From Eledone cirrhosa (lineage: Eukaryota): 64,000 bases of DNA. The notes below the pieces were generated by a model. That model was not told the DNA's origin, ran no database searches, and saw only the letters and a list, made by a program, of their open reading frames with translations. The stretch covers positions 374,232,001 to 374,296,000 of the forward strand of contig OZ024740.1 of assembly GCA_964016885.1 (NCBI GenBank), written 5' to 3'. The position numbers and the translations under genes were made by a program. This document shows positions 28,617 through 43,380 of this stretch, in pieces (positions within the stretch are counted from its first letter, which is position 1; each line of letters opens with the position of its first letter).

Positions 28617-28820
28617 CTGTAGTAGTAGTAGTAGTGGTAGTAGTACTAGTAGTAGTTGTAGTAGTAGTAGTAGCAGTAATAGTAGTAAAAGTAGTAGTAG
28701 CGGCAGCAACAGCAGCAGCAGTACTAGTAGTAGTATTAGTAGTAGTAGTAGTAGTAATAGTAGTAGTAGTAGTAGCAGTAGTAAAAGTAGTAGTAGTAGT
28801 AGTAGTAGTTGTAGTAGTAA
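28551..28820. repeat. (TAG)n microsatellite
   Basis: Directly visible. Confidence 0.95.
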
Positions 28821-29379
28821 AATAGCTGTGATTGATATTCTTATTTATTACGTGAAAATGTATCTGATTCGCTTGTTATGTTAAACCATATATGCCTACA
28901 GTACGACTAAACATGTAGATTTTAACATGAAGATGATGACGATGAGGACGATGATGATGATGGTAATTATATTTAATTTTCGTAAATAAGATGATTATAA
29001 CGAACAGAATGAATGTTTGATGATGATGTTCAGATTGAAAATTATATATGATGTTTGTTATGACAAAGTAACAGTGAAAAGCGAGATCTAAGGGAATATT
29101 ACAGAAGGGTTAGATTATTATATAAGACAGAAATGAATTTAAATAGTAAGGTAATAGGTATTAATAATGTAGCTGTCATGTTAATAACGTTCTGTTTTAA
29201 TATTTTTAACTTGTTGCTAAACGACCTGATTTGGAACACACCAACCTATATCAGATGTAGAAAGATAATACTACGATCATGCGGTATACATGATTATATG
29301 TAGAGGAGTTAATACAAACAACTAGAAAACATGTACAAAAACAATTGTTTTCTGCCTTGAAATAATTTAAAATATAGAA

Positions 29380-30100
29380 AACATTGAGAGATAACTATAA
29401 ATAAATATACAAAGAAATCGAAAAATATCAACAACAAAAAACGTTTAAATGGCTAAAATGTCTTGAATATCATGTGGAAACCATGGCAATAAAAAGCTAT
29501 ACGTGCCAAAAATCAGAAAAAGGCTGAATAATGAGGAAACTAACAAGGAAAACTTATAAACAAGCAGTGGATTCTACATCAATAGGATCACTGCAGCAGA
29601 TATCACAACCTTCACCCACCAGCATACACACACAATGCCTTATGAGGCGAATTGCAAAATTAACCACATACTATGTCGACGCCAGGAAGAAACAGCAAAC
29701 TGCATTAAGTCTGTTTGCCCTCAGAAAGCACATATCCACAGATTTGTCAGCGAGGTTTAATTACAATGCATATTATACCATCATTACGAATACCAACAGA
29801 ATTGAGGTGACATATTTACAAACGTTAATATGTATAAGCCGTTTGCAAAGCAAACATATTCTGATGAGTCTCATTACACACACACAGATCAAACCCAATA
29901 AACCAGTTATCGGTTTCAAAAGCCACATAGAAACGAAATTCCTTCTAACTGACGGATCACTCCACAGAGACAACAGTTTACCTTCCCATGAAATCTAGAT
30001 ATCATCCAAATATAAAGAATTAAAGATATAAATATACTCAATGCGGATGATGAAAATAAAGAATACCAGTAATAAAGGTATCACTTGGAATAATTAACAT
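29380..30100 (+). mobile_element. Possible heavily decayed PLE GIY-YIG remnant
   Basis: A/C-rich composition like the other PLE ORFs, with only faint motif similarity. Confidence 0.2.
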
Positions 30101-30887
30101 AAACACAATCATAAAACCGGACGAGTCACATGACATGGTTCCCTGGTGCCCGTCTCCTCAAATAGTTTACGAGTTGTCTCTTGAGATGTTTTCTAGACAA
30201 AGTAATCAAGACAACCATCAACATATTGCAACGGAAGTGCCTGTACTCTGGCAGACGTTGCGATCCTTTCAAATTAATATATTATATGAAAGATTAAGAA
30301 ATATTTGATTGAAGGTTTAAATATACAGGGTTTGGAAATCTATTTTTGAAAACATATATATATATAACGGAAAAAAAATACTACTTAATTCTATTTCATG
30401 ATTTCCCGAGTTATGAAAACTGACGGTAATGTTATTTAAATCAACAACCGTAAATTGTGGGAAGCCTTGGAAATCCACTTCCTTTTATGCCAAGTTATGT
30501 TGTCACATAACTTCAAACGACATTGGAAGCCACTTACTTCAAACGACATTGGAAGCCACTTTCTTCAAACGTCATTAAGATCCTTGAGAAAGCAGAAATA
30601 CCACAACACTACATTCTCCTCTTTTACTGCACAAAAACAAGTTGAAAATAGAATTTAGCTCACATAAAAATGATGGTGTGTTCGCAAAAAAAGAGAGATT
30701 TCGAATTATATGAAATAGGGTGAGTTTAGAATACTACTCTAGTCCCCAACACACACATTTTAGTGGGACGGTAAAACACCAGAAGCAAATTACAATGTAG
30801 TTGCATGGTGGAAATGAAAATTATTATTCATCGTAGAAGTTGATGATTCTGGGGTTGTTGGTTTTATCCAAAACTCAGTAATTCTAT

Positions 30888-30991
30888 TCGCCGAGGTTAA
30901 CTTTGCCATTCACCCTTATGGGGTCCATAAAATAAAGTACCAGTAATGCACTTACATAACTTCTGGCATTGTGCCAAAAGTAGAAACAATT
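30888..30991 (+). mobile_element. 5'-truncated SINE
   Basis: gccgaggttaactttgcc...aaagtagaaacaatt. Confidence 0.75.
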
Positions 30992-32174
30992 ACTATAAAT
31001 GTGGAAAACATATTTTGAAAGTTGAGAATTCAAATGATCCATAAACTTAATAATATACCTCCTTTAAACCACATTCAAATTTCTCAAGCTACGATTTCAA
31101 GATGACACCATTTCGTTATGCGAATGCATATGTTCACTATATTTCGTATTATAAGATAATGTAAAGTTGCTTGATATAAGCATATTAAACAGTTTATAAC
31201 CTTAAAAAATAAACACTGCCACAACCAGCACAGCTATAGAATTATATGAAACATCTACTCGAACGTGTATAGTGAGTTTCACTGAAAGCAAAGAAGTGAC
31301 GCCCACGGCCAATGCATGCACGTCAAATAATAAGTAAAGCCTTCCTAAACAAGCTTGTCGCACCAAACCAGTGATATATGGTCTGTGAGTAAGCTCCACT
31401 AACAAGACTGATAGAACGGACGGATAAAGATGTACAGGAACGTCTGAATGAATGTTGATGCAGATGTATGTGACTGTCGGTGATTTCGTTTAAATGTCCT
31501 CAATATCCTAGTATATAAGGCTGTTAAAAATAAAATATTATTGAGTAGAGAATAAGAATGAAAATGACAGAAAAATACCAACCATAAATCAAATACTACG
31601 AGACGTATTAAACTATATATTACTGGGTGAGCCAATATATTAAACAGTACCTGTTGTCAGGAACTTTCTAAATACTTGTCCGGAATATTTCGAAGAATAC
31701 TCTTCTGGTTCCCGACAAAAGATCTGGATAAATTCATGAAGACAGACAAACAGATATAATTAATAGTTCAAAATCATATAGTGTTCGTAGACATTTCTTA
31801 ATATATGCATTCATACGACTTTTAAATAAATACACTAGCATTTAAAATAGTACACATGTGAATCGTGGACCTTAAGTATATTATATTGACAAATATATAT
31901 CTCTTTTTTACCTCGATTCCTGTACATTTATGTTTTAAACTATGATGTGACATAATCACAAATTATTTCTTTTACATTTTGTTCTGAATGCACATGACAT
32001 ACTTAAAATATTTGAAGCGCTGTTTAGGTAAATGAATTGATGGCGAAACCGGCTCGAGGGTCCGCGATACTTGTTACTTGCAACTATTGTTGTTGAACTT
32101 TTATGATGCAAGTTGATTTAACCTCTTTGTTTATTGCATGAAATGGTTTACAGTACGTGGGGGTTTGTTTTATT

Positions 32175-32260
<86 letters not shown>

Positions 32261-32770
32261 CAAAAGTGATATTTAATTTGTTGGTAATTCAACAAATATA
32301 AATGTTTATAACTGATTCGAAGCACACAAAAGTTTTTCTGGAGTATAATATTCAATGATATTAAATAAATGGTAACTATATTTATAAAACCATATTTATT
32401 CTATTATATATATTTCAAGAGTAGCAACATTTTGTACGCTCTCATCACATAAAGTACAAGGTTTGTTTTATAAATATTGACATAACGAGGAAGAAGATGT
32501 TACCGGTTCAAGTTTTTCCTGGAAAAACTATATACAGTTGAAAATTGCAAACTTGACTGTCACCATACAGTAAGAACCTGAAGATTGCGAAAGCATGAAA
32601 GTACTTGTTCAATTAACACTTAACGTTTAATATTCCACCATACTATTTCATTCTAATACCATTATAAATTTTAAAGTATTGTAAATAAAACGAGTAAATC
32701 AGACAAAGTTGGAATTCCTTTTATTAATATAATCTTCTATACACAATCATACACACCGGTGTATATCTAA

Positions 32771-32889
<119 letters not shown>

Positions 32890-32926
32890 GAAAGATTTGA
32901 ATGGATACAGTTTAGTTGAAAGGAAT

Positions 32927-33046
32927 TTATTGACACGTGTTTCTATAACAGTTACATAACCTAAAACAGCTGCTATCTACAAACTTTTAGTTATGCAGAC
33001 ATTCAATATTTCAATGTTATTATTTACTGTCATTTCATCAGAATAA
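32927..33046 (-). ncRNA. Intact type I hammerhead ribozyme with extended (91-nt) stem II
   Basis: ttatt-CUGAUGA-a atgacagt...actgttat a-GAAA-c acgt-GUC-aataa; stem I 5 bp; self-complementary acacgtgt in stem III. Confidence 0.82.
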
Positions 33047-33609
33047 TATTACTGAGGACCTATTTAGTTTGTATAGAGAATATTAGGAGGGAGGGGTGAA
33101 GTTGTTAGAAGAATAGTTGAAGGAGTGGTTTTTCGATAGCAGTGAGAATTCTTGATGGCAGTGAGTAATTTTGATTCCCATCTGTTGTTTTGACATTTTT
33201 TATAGAATATATTATTGGTTATTTTTCTAAAGCTATAGAAGGATTAGAGATAGTAAAGATATGCGTGGTTGGTTTTGTGTTTGCACTTAATTAACATTCA
33301 GACTTAAATTTTTCTTTCAAGTGTACGTATCCTTTCACCCACGCATTCACACATAAATATATTTGCACACCTCTACAAAATACATATACTCACAATTCAC
33401 ATATTCATACTTACATATATATACACATGCATACACATATATATACACACATGTATTCATGTACATACATACGCGCTCATGTGTATACATTTTCATACTC
33501 AACTTATCTTTATATACACACGTATAGACACACACATATATACATACATACTCTAGTCCATGTGTACACACATACACATACATACACATCCATATACACA
33601 CATATACAT

Positions 33610-33756
<147 letters not shown>

Positions 33757-34011
33757 CACTTTAATACATGAATACACTTACATCTAACTATACACATCAA
33801 ACATATATATATATTTACTTATTTATATACATTTTCACATATATATACATACTTATGGACGTTTTTAGACGCATATTTGTACCTATTCTCATCAGCATAT
33901 CTTTCCATTATTAGTATGGTAATTTAACGTTATTAATATATGTTGAGAAGAGATTGTTTTTATATTTTTCTAACTAGATTAAGGTTTATATAGTTGGGGG
34001 ATGTCCCTCTT

Positions 34012-35526
34012 TTATGTAATATTCGGCTTGTAGTGGGAAAAAAGGGTTTTAGTTCTGTGACGGCAGAATAATGTTCGTTCAATTCTGTTATTCAGCAGTT
34101 TCTTCTTGTGTGTGATTATGTAATAAATCTCAAGATTACACAATTTGCAGAAATTTTGGCTCCTGGAAAAGCTTTGGGTTTTAGCTAATTTCTCCCATTT
34201 TAGGGTAAACTTTTGATCGTTATCCCTGAGCGTCCAAGCTTTTTCTGCTAAAGTTGTTACATTTCTTTGGCTCTGGTGTTTTATTGAGTAAGAATGCCTA
34301 TACAATCGAGATTTAAACGATGTTGCCGTTGATCCCACGTAATACCACTCGTTGCCTCCGGATTTAATGGTACACTTATAAATAATATTTTTTTCCAGGC
34401 AGTTATTGCCGAGGGGGCAGTTGTCAGGATAGGTGCAGTTACAGTTGTGTACGTTGGGTTTTCTCTGGAGTAGTATTGCGGACGAACTTAGGTGTGGTTT
34501 ATTTATGTTCTGTAGTGTATTGTCTACTGTTTTTTTTGTGTTCTTTGTACTTAAGTTCTTAGTGTTTTCGTTTAACCTTCTAGTATTGATCTTTGTTATG
34601 TGTTGTTCAAGGTTTAACGCTGTAGAGTATGACAGTCTTATAGTGGTAGGGTTTAGGATTTTGTGGTATTTGTGTGATGTGGGAAAATGTCTTTTAATTA
34701 TTTTAAAGAAGAGTACTGGTAAATTTGTACTAATGGAACTATTGTATTCGGGGTTATACCATAAGTACTCTTTGCATCGCTTTCTATTAGTTTTGTTTGT
34801 TGGTTTACTGGTGTGCATACTATGGTAGTAAGTGTGGTTTGGTGTTGTGTTATTATATCTACCTATGTGGGATTTATTTTGGGTGTTTTGATTGTTCCAA
34901 TCTATGTACTCTATTTTGTTGAGGTAGCCTGCTTTACTAAGGGCGTTATCGTAGTACTCGGCGTGTTCCTTAAATACTTGTATGTTAGAAGATAGACCCG
35001 AGATTCTAAGGGAAATATTTTTAGGGATAGATTTAATAATAGAGATGGGGTGGTTAGACCCAACATTTACGTATTTGAGATTTTCATTCAATTTATGAAA
35101 CGGTTTAATCAAACCAGAGTTTAAATTGAGTGTGACATCCAGGAAGTTAACTACTTTAAGGTTGTATTCATATGTTATAGTTAGTCCTATTTCGAGTAGT
35201 AGTTTTCTTATATCTTTGCGTAGTTTTTCTAGTTTTTGGTTATTAAGGTTTTTAGCTAGGAGGAGAACATCGTCACGGTATATTCCGCCGTGGAGATTGC
35301 TGAATTTTTCTTGGAGTCTAAAGGCGAAAAATAACCCCACAATATCAGTTATTTCCGCCGAATCGTTAGAGCCCATTGTTATGTCAACAAAGTTAGAGGG
35401 TCTATCTTTACGTACCCAATAACTGTTCTCAAATTTGACTATGGTTTTCCTAGCTTCTAATATAATCTTAATTTCATCGTTTGTAAGGTCAGAGTTATCC
35501 TTAGCAAACTTAATGGCTCTATTCAA
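34012..35526 (-). CDS. PLE polyprotein, 5'-truncated: RT palm/thumb, linker and GIY-YIG endonuclease
   Basis: Uninterrupted 504 aa: DITMGSNDSAEITDIVG, GIYRDDVL (catalytic), VNFLDVTL, YVNVGSNHP, CNCx5CPLGNNC, NIIYKC..YYVGST..FKSR, LKWEKL, CKLCNLE, LLNNRIE..CRH. Confidence 0.92.
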   Translation of the reverse strand: MNRAIKFAKDNSDLTNDEIKIILEARKTIVKFENSYWVRKDRPSNFVDITMGSNDSAEITDIVGLFFAFRLQEKFSNLHGGIYRDDVLLLAKNLNNQKLEKLRKDIRKLLLEIGLTITYEYNLKVVNFLDVTLNLNSGLIKPFHKLNENLKYVNVGSNHPISIIKSIPKNISLRISGLSSNIQVFKEHAEYYDNALSKAGYLNKIEYIDWNNQNTQNKSHIGRYNNTTPNHTYYHSMHTSKPTNKTNRKRCKEYLWYNPEYNSSISTNLPVLFFKIIKRHFPTSHKYHKILNPTTIRLSYSTALNLEQHITKINTRRLNENTKNLSTKNTKKTVDNTLQNINKPHLSSSAILLQRKPNVHNCNCTYPDNCPLGNNCLEKNIIYKCTIKSGGNEWYYVGSTATSFKSRLYRHSYSIKHQSQRNVTTLAEKAWTLRDNDQKFTLKWEKLAKTQSFSRSQNFCKLCNLEIYYIITHKKKLLNNRIERTLFCRHRTKTLFSHYKPNIT

Positions 35527-35569
35527 TGATATATATATATTTATATGATATATATATATTTATATATAT

Positions 35570-35690
35570 CATAAAACATGTCTATAGAATCACAAGATAA
35601 AATATATACCATTTCCTCTCGCAATTAGCATAATTAACTATATAAAAAAATCGAATAGACCAGGCTATAAGAATGAAGCTTCTATGAATT
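35570..35690 (+). repeat. Dispersed repeat with a second copy at ~39047-39170; probable PLE pLTR fragment
   Basis: Shared atgtc.atagaatca...ccatttcctctc.ca.t.agcataat.aac...accaggctata; both copies follow (TA)n. Confidence 0.6.
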
Positions 35691-35693
35691 ATA

Positions 35694-35725
<32 letters not shown>

Positions 35726-35726
35726 C

Positions 35727-35763
<37 letters not shown>

Positions 35764-35771
35764 TATATATA

Positions 35772-35960
35772 AAAATGAGGATGTTTTACAAAATGATAAA
35801 AAAAAGAGATGCCCTAAATGAGTGAGAGTATAAGGAAACAAGACGAAATTGAAAATGCGACTGGAATCTTTTTAAAAATGTGTATTTGGTTGCTTTACCG
35901 GTTTCGAAGTTCTTGTTCTTTTCAAAAGTAGAATTGAGATGATAGGTTTGTGGTTTTTCT

Positions 35961-35963
<3 letters not shown>
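35772..35963 (-). mobile_element. ~200-bp TA-flanked element with a degenerate hammerhead (pLTR fragment); inverted copy at 42823-43030
   Basis: The reverse complement aligns by eye with 42823-43030; both contain cttt-TGAAA-[stem]-G(A/G)AA-c(c/a)g-GTA-aag. Confidence 0.6.
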
Positions 35964-35992
<29 letters not shown>

Positions 35993-35996
<4 letters not shown>

Positions 35997-36659
35997 TCTT
36001 CTGCAGTGGCTTTCATTTCCGTTTTTACAGTCCACATCAATTTCTCTCGGCTTTGACGGCGAGAGCATATCAGTGGCATATACATTTTGTTAGACAACGG
36101 AAGTATACATACTTGAAAATTAGAGAGCTTGGTGAATGAGAGAAATGCCTTCCTTTAGCAAGAAACATCGGAACAGCCGAAAGATCAGCAGCGTTGTTAT
36201 GAGGAAGCTGCTAGTAAAACAAAGCCAACAGGTCTGATCTCTAGCACGAAAACTCATAACGATGACGTGCAATGATTTCAAATTATTAACCCTTTGTAAC
36301 AATTTGTAATTCCGTTCCGCATGTATTGCACAACACTTCAGTTATAAGTGTATAACATCGGGATTATCTTGATTTCATTCTGTACCTGGTGTAATGTCTT
36401 GGGGCTTGGCGAAGCGTTTCTTGGGAACATTAAGCTTTGTTTTCCGGATCATTAAACTACAATGAAAGGGGGTAACCACCTTATTCAACAACTATAAGCT
36501 CATGTTGTAAATGTCTGGCAGAAGGAGTCAGTATTAAACCACTCACATGCTTGTTTAGCGACAGTGATCGATTGCATCTAGTGAGCCATATATCCCCAAC
36601 CGAAGCGTGTGGATGTGTGCTATTTCTCTCAGTACACGTTTTCTACATAGCGGCATTTG
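35993..36659 (-). mobile_element. Decayed PLE 3' remnant between (TA)n tracts, with a degenerate hammerhead at ~36037-36076
   Basis: cca-ctgata..-tctcg...cgaga-GAAA-ttga-tg-tgg; faint GIY-YIG-like translation upstream. Confidence 0.35.
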
Positions 36660-38150
<1,491 letters not shown>

Positions 38151-38883
38151 AAACAATAAGATAATAAAATGAAATAAATTTACAATATGTTAAAATACAT
38201 TCAAATCTGTATATAACTTCACAAAGACACACATAAAAAAGGGGGAGGTAAAGGTGAAGGTACGTGTATTCATGTGATATACTACACACATGTAGTATGA
38301 GCTGCAAACCTAGGTCCGTGTGTGGAACAAACAACAATAACAATAATAACAATAATAATAATTGTTCCAAAGTGGAACATGTGGAGAGTATATATTCACG
38401 ATTGACGGGGTACACATTCACGGGGACGTTGTCCCGGTCACCTTGAGGTATGTCACTGTGGTTGGGGTGTTATGTTCTATATGTTTGGGGTATTTGACTG
38501 AACGACCGTGGACTCCGTGTCAGTCGGTCCCGGCATAGGCGATGTAACTGCCCAATGTTGCGTGCGTGGTCCGGTGTGCACCTCGGTTTATTTAGGTGTG
38601 CCACACGGGGCGTATAATGTCATCAGGGTATGGTGCACGTGTGTGTGTGTGTGCATGTGGGTATATACTCAGGAGTGTGAACAGACGTGTGAGATACCAA
38701 ATCCAGCATGGCTCCATTGAAGTGTGTCGGAAAATGGCTGATGACCAGTGTAGCAGTAAATAGTGACCAGAATTTATCATACCATAGAACAACAACTGCC
38801 AATGGCATGACAAGACTGGGAGATGTTTTGTGAAGGTGCTTTTTGATGATAACACCCCAGTGAGAAATTTGCTCAGAAAGAAT

Positions 38884-38980
38884 TGCATGTGTCCGAAGGA
38901 ACCTGCAGCCGTAGATTCAGTCAGATGTATACAGTGATCATATCTCGAGCTACCTGCAGGCGAAACATTTGTAACACGCA
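38884..38980 (+). ncRNA. Degenerate hammerhead with 61-nt stem II
   Basis: gtgt-CCGAAGGA-a cctgcag...ctgcagg c-GAAA-c attt-GUA-acac; stems intact, core mutated. Confidence 0.6.
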
Positions 38981-40019
38981 ATAAACTGAGTCCAGATGCA
39001 TCACTGATTTTTCGTTTTTTTATACGATATATATATATATATATACTATAAATTATGTCCATAGAATCATTTGATAAGATATGTCCACCATTTCCTCTCC
39101 CAGTCAGCATAATCAACCACACAAAAAAAAATTAAACCAGGCTATACGATTAAGAGGCACCTATGACGAAATAATAGATAAATAAACGACAGCCATCTAT
39201 TCGCGATCAACAGCTATAGAATATTTACCCAGAATTTCAATAGCACGTGGAAATCGATTAAATGTATCATCACCCATACACAATTATGTATACAATTAAA
39301 TTTAGAAGAAAAAATGTACATAAATATACCAGGATTACGTTTCTACCCCTTAGGGTTTCATTCGCTTTTGGAGATATCCGATCAAGGATAAATTCTCGAT
39401 CTTCGAAATCATCAGGAAACAAACTCACTTGGACGAAGATTTTTCTTAAATCATCCCCGCCAGAAACGAATTCAAAATGGCTAAGAACAATGACATGGCA
39501 GTGGTCCAGTCAGAAAGAATGTGATAGGTGCCTTACGGCGAGTGGGCTGGTTGCTGGAAAGCGCAGCCTAATATAGCCTAAATTGCATCTCTCTCTCTAT
39601 ATATATAATATAGTGATCTAGATATACTCCTAAACAGGGTTATTTTATTAAAATTTGTAAAGGATTGCAATCCATATCATGAAATGAAATGAATAAAAAA
39701 TAGACAGAGGAAATCATATGTATGTTGTTTTAGTATATTTAGTTATATACGCTGTACATAAGAGGGTTTGGTTTTCCATGGTGAATTCATGCATACGTCA
39801 CTAAATTTCCACTTTTTTAGTCGAGCTATTCATTGGAAAATATTAAATCTAGATTATTCTCGTTTTCTTGCTGTACAAAGACCACGTTTCCTCGTATTAT
39901 CCATTTTGCTTTATTTCAGGGATTATGAGGTTGAAAACCTCAGAAATTGAGGAATCTATATCATCCTGAAAGGTGATAAGACAAAACATTACTGAAACTA
40001 AGTGAGAAGTCGTTTTTCA

Positions 40020-40915
40020 TTGAAAATGTTTGGCCATCTTTAAATGAGATTTGTTGTCCTTCAATTAAGTAGAGACATGTGCCACAGTTTGTTTTTCCGC
40101 ATTTACTTACTGTAGGGTTGGAAATTGGTTTGTGTATATTTGTTCCGGTGAGATTGTTTTTAGTGATTCGGGATGCCTTTTCCTGTTAATGTTCTCGTGA
40201 GTTTCTAGGGTTTTTTGATTTTTTAATCTTTAAATAGAATGGGGATGTTTTTGTGTACGTGGTCGGAAATTTCGGGGTTTCTGTGGTTGAAGATAGATAC
40301 ATATGGCAAGGTATTGTTCGTGGTTCTTTGCTGTGGATTGTTAAGTTGATGAAAATTTACGTGTATTGCTTTGTCTATTCCGTTGTCAATTATGTCAAGT
40401 GGGAAGGCTCTTAAGGTAAGTGTGTTTTTAAGTTCATTTGGGCTTTGTCCCCGTTTAGTTGGCTAAGTTAAACGAAATGTTAGGTTTTTTATGTTTTGAG
40501 TGACTTGATATGAAGAGTATGTACTGTTTGGTGTCACTGGGTTTAAAAAAGAGGTCTGTTTCTATTTTCCCATCTGTTTTTAAAATAAGCATATTTCTTG
40601 GAGTTGGATTCCATTGTGAATTGTATTGTACACCATTTTTTGAAAATAGTGAGTGTATTTCCTGCCATAGTATAAGGCAATCGTCTAGGTATTTCTTCCA
40701 ATTATTTTTTGAGATTTATAAGGAAAGAGTCTCCAAATAAGGGATTGAATGAAAATGTGTTGTTGGTGGAATCCCATGACTAAGTTGGTGTATGTGGGGG
40801 CTACCTTCGTGCACATTGCAGATTTGTTGGTATGTTGAGCCATTGAAAGTAAAATAATTATTCTGTAAGATGAATTGAAGGTCGCCAACAATAAAGTTTT
40901 TTGTTGATGCATGTT
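40020..40915 (-). mobile_element. Decayed Penelope-like RT remnant (Neptune/Poseidon type)
   Basis: Minus-strand AMCTKVAPTYTNLVMGF, KKYLDDCLILW, TDLFFKPSDTKQYI and LPYVS motifs, with stops and frameshifts. Confidence 0.7.
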
Positions 40916-42141
40916 GGTCTACGCATTGTTTTAAATATCGAAACGTGAGAATTTAAATTCAATATCAACCATTGCAGAAAACAAAATATAAGGATACATA
41001 ATTCGCAAATGTTGCTCTAACATTCTGATTTATATTAATCTTTATAGTTTATATATGCTGATAGTCATCAAAAACTCAACATTCCCAATGTGCCGAGTCG
41101 TATTATCAAAGTGTTTCTCTCTCTTGCTTTAGATTTTATCAAACTTCCCAGACTACATTAATTAACACGAAAATGTTTGCTGCTATTCCATTATTTTGAT
41201 CACAGTGTCTCATCTCTAAAACAGAAAAAAATAGTTAGCAAATTTCTTTGAAATTATATGGTTGATTTTTTTATCACAGAAAAAGAATATTTGAGGATAC
41301 TGCAGTCCTAAACGATATTATGCATGTAAAGATGTGAAAACTGCATTTGATCATGGGTTTAATGAATCACCACGCTAAAAATCAACAACTAGCAGATTAA
41401 CCCGTGTCACAAGTAGATAGTAGCAAATACTAAGGAGCATTTAGTGATACAGTCACTCCTGTTTTCAATACTAAAGCTTACATAGTGTGACACAGAAGGT
41501 CATATATTTTGTACAAGTGTAGAATGGCTTATATCAATCCAAATACTTAAATAACGTATTTAATTTCGGGAACGGTGGACTTTTAACACATAATATCATA
41601 AAATATTTCCTTCGATAAGGTATATATTCTTCCAGTCTACCATCCTTATATGAATAATGATATCAATAATAACGATAATTACAGAAATAATAAAGAAGAA
41701 CAATAATAACGATAGCATATGATGGTGATTGCAACGATTACGATGATAATAATGATGAGGAGGTTGATATTGACATTAAGAATCTCCATGGCAACCACTC
41801 TGCAATGGTGATGATTATGATGATGGCGGCGATAATTAGAACAATGTTGCTATTGTTAATGGAGATTGTGATGATGTTGAAGATAACCCGAAAACAATAA
41901 ACGTTTATTGAGATTAAGAAAAGAAAGGAAGAAAAATGTCATAACAAAAGGAAATATTTTGTTTGAAATGGATAGTAAATCGATTTAAAAAACTCTAATA
42001 GAAAACAATAGTAAAATGATAATAATTTTAAAAATATATTTTTAAAGAAATGTTTACATGCCAATATTTGTACATGTATTTGAAGGACAGAATATAGAAT
42101 TCCATTACATAGTTAGTACAACAAATATATACTTGCAGACA

Positions 42142-42195
<54 letters not shown>

Positions 42196-42235
42196 AAGCG
42201 GAGAATCAGTGGTGCGGCGAATAAGATGTATTACA

Positions 42236-42326
42236 CATATTACAATCGTTTCTCTGGCGACCAGATCGAGGCACGATCGATGCAATGATGAAACCTGATT
42301 CTGAAATCGCAAGATCAACGGATATG
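42236..42326 (-). ncRNA. Degenerate hammerhead with 62-nt stem II, in a ~240-bp TA-flanked insert (42193-42432)
   Basis: catat-CCGUUGA-tcttgcga...tcgccaga-GAAA-c gatt-GUA-atatg; stem I 5 bp. Confidence 0.62.
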
Positions 42327-42432
42327 TCTCGATTCTACGAAGCAGAGATTCTAAATTATACTCTGCTCCGTAAGAGCATCGAGTGCTGAAACGGCATACC
42401 GCTTACGGACACTTTAAGCATCCCACACCGAT

Positions 42433-42481
<49 letters not shown>

Positions 42482-42482
42482 T

Positions 42483-42548
<66 letters not shown>

Positions 42549-42822
42549 TTTGTGTGTGTGTGTGTGTGTGTATCCGGGGTTCAATCGGAGGTAACCACAG
42601 TAAGTAAGTGCTCAATACATAGCAGAGTATAAATATATAATATAGAAATGTCTTCCACAGGACTAGAACTTATCTATTCGAAAGAAATCACCATGAAAGC
42701 CCACTGTCAATGTGATAAGATGGTATTTATAAAAAAAATTATATTTAGTGATATAGAATGATATAAATGTTGACACTCCTGATATTCAAGATTCATCTAG
42801 TCTAAGCAATATATATATATAT

Positions 42823-43030
42823 GTGAGAAAAACCACAGGCCCTCCATCTCAACTCTACTTTTGAAAGGCAGAAGAACTGCGGAACAGGTAAAGGAACCAA
42901 ATAAATATATATATATATATAAATAAGACTCCAGTTGCATTTTCGATTTCATATTTTTTTCGTTATACTTTCACTCGTGGAGGACACCTCGGTTATTTTT
43001 CATTTTGTAAAAAAAAACCTGACTTTCTAA
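42823..43030 (+). mobile_element. ~200-bp TA-flanked element, inverted copy of 35772-35963
   Basis: Sequence similarity visible by eye. Confidence 0.6.
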
Positions 43031-43031
43031 T

Positions 43032-43033
43032 AA

Positions 43034-43127
<94 letters not shown>

Positions 43128-43147
43128 AAGATTGATGGATAGACATG
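43032..43147. repeat. (TA)n-(GA)n-degenerate GATA tract, left flank of the Tx1 array
   Basis: Directly visible. Confidence 0.9.
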
Positions 43148-43380
43148 TTTCTTTATTAGCCACAGTGGCACAAAAGAAGGGGACAAATACGAATGGGGAA
43201 GTTTACATACAATAAAAACGTAAAATATTGTCACAAATGCAATTTAAAAATTAGTCGATATTCCCCAATAGCGGGAGGCAGTTCATATGGCTAACACATA
43301 CCCCGAAAAAATGTGCAACCCTCATCTCCAGGAGTACGAAGAGTTTGTACTCCTTTCCTCTCCTCCACCTTTTCCTCAAC

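Noticed and set aside
30510-30576. 26-bp unit repeated about 2.5 times (CRISPR-like at first glance)
   Set aside because: No spacers; a simple local tandem duplication in eukaryotic DNA.
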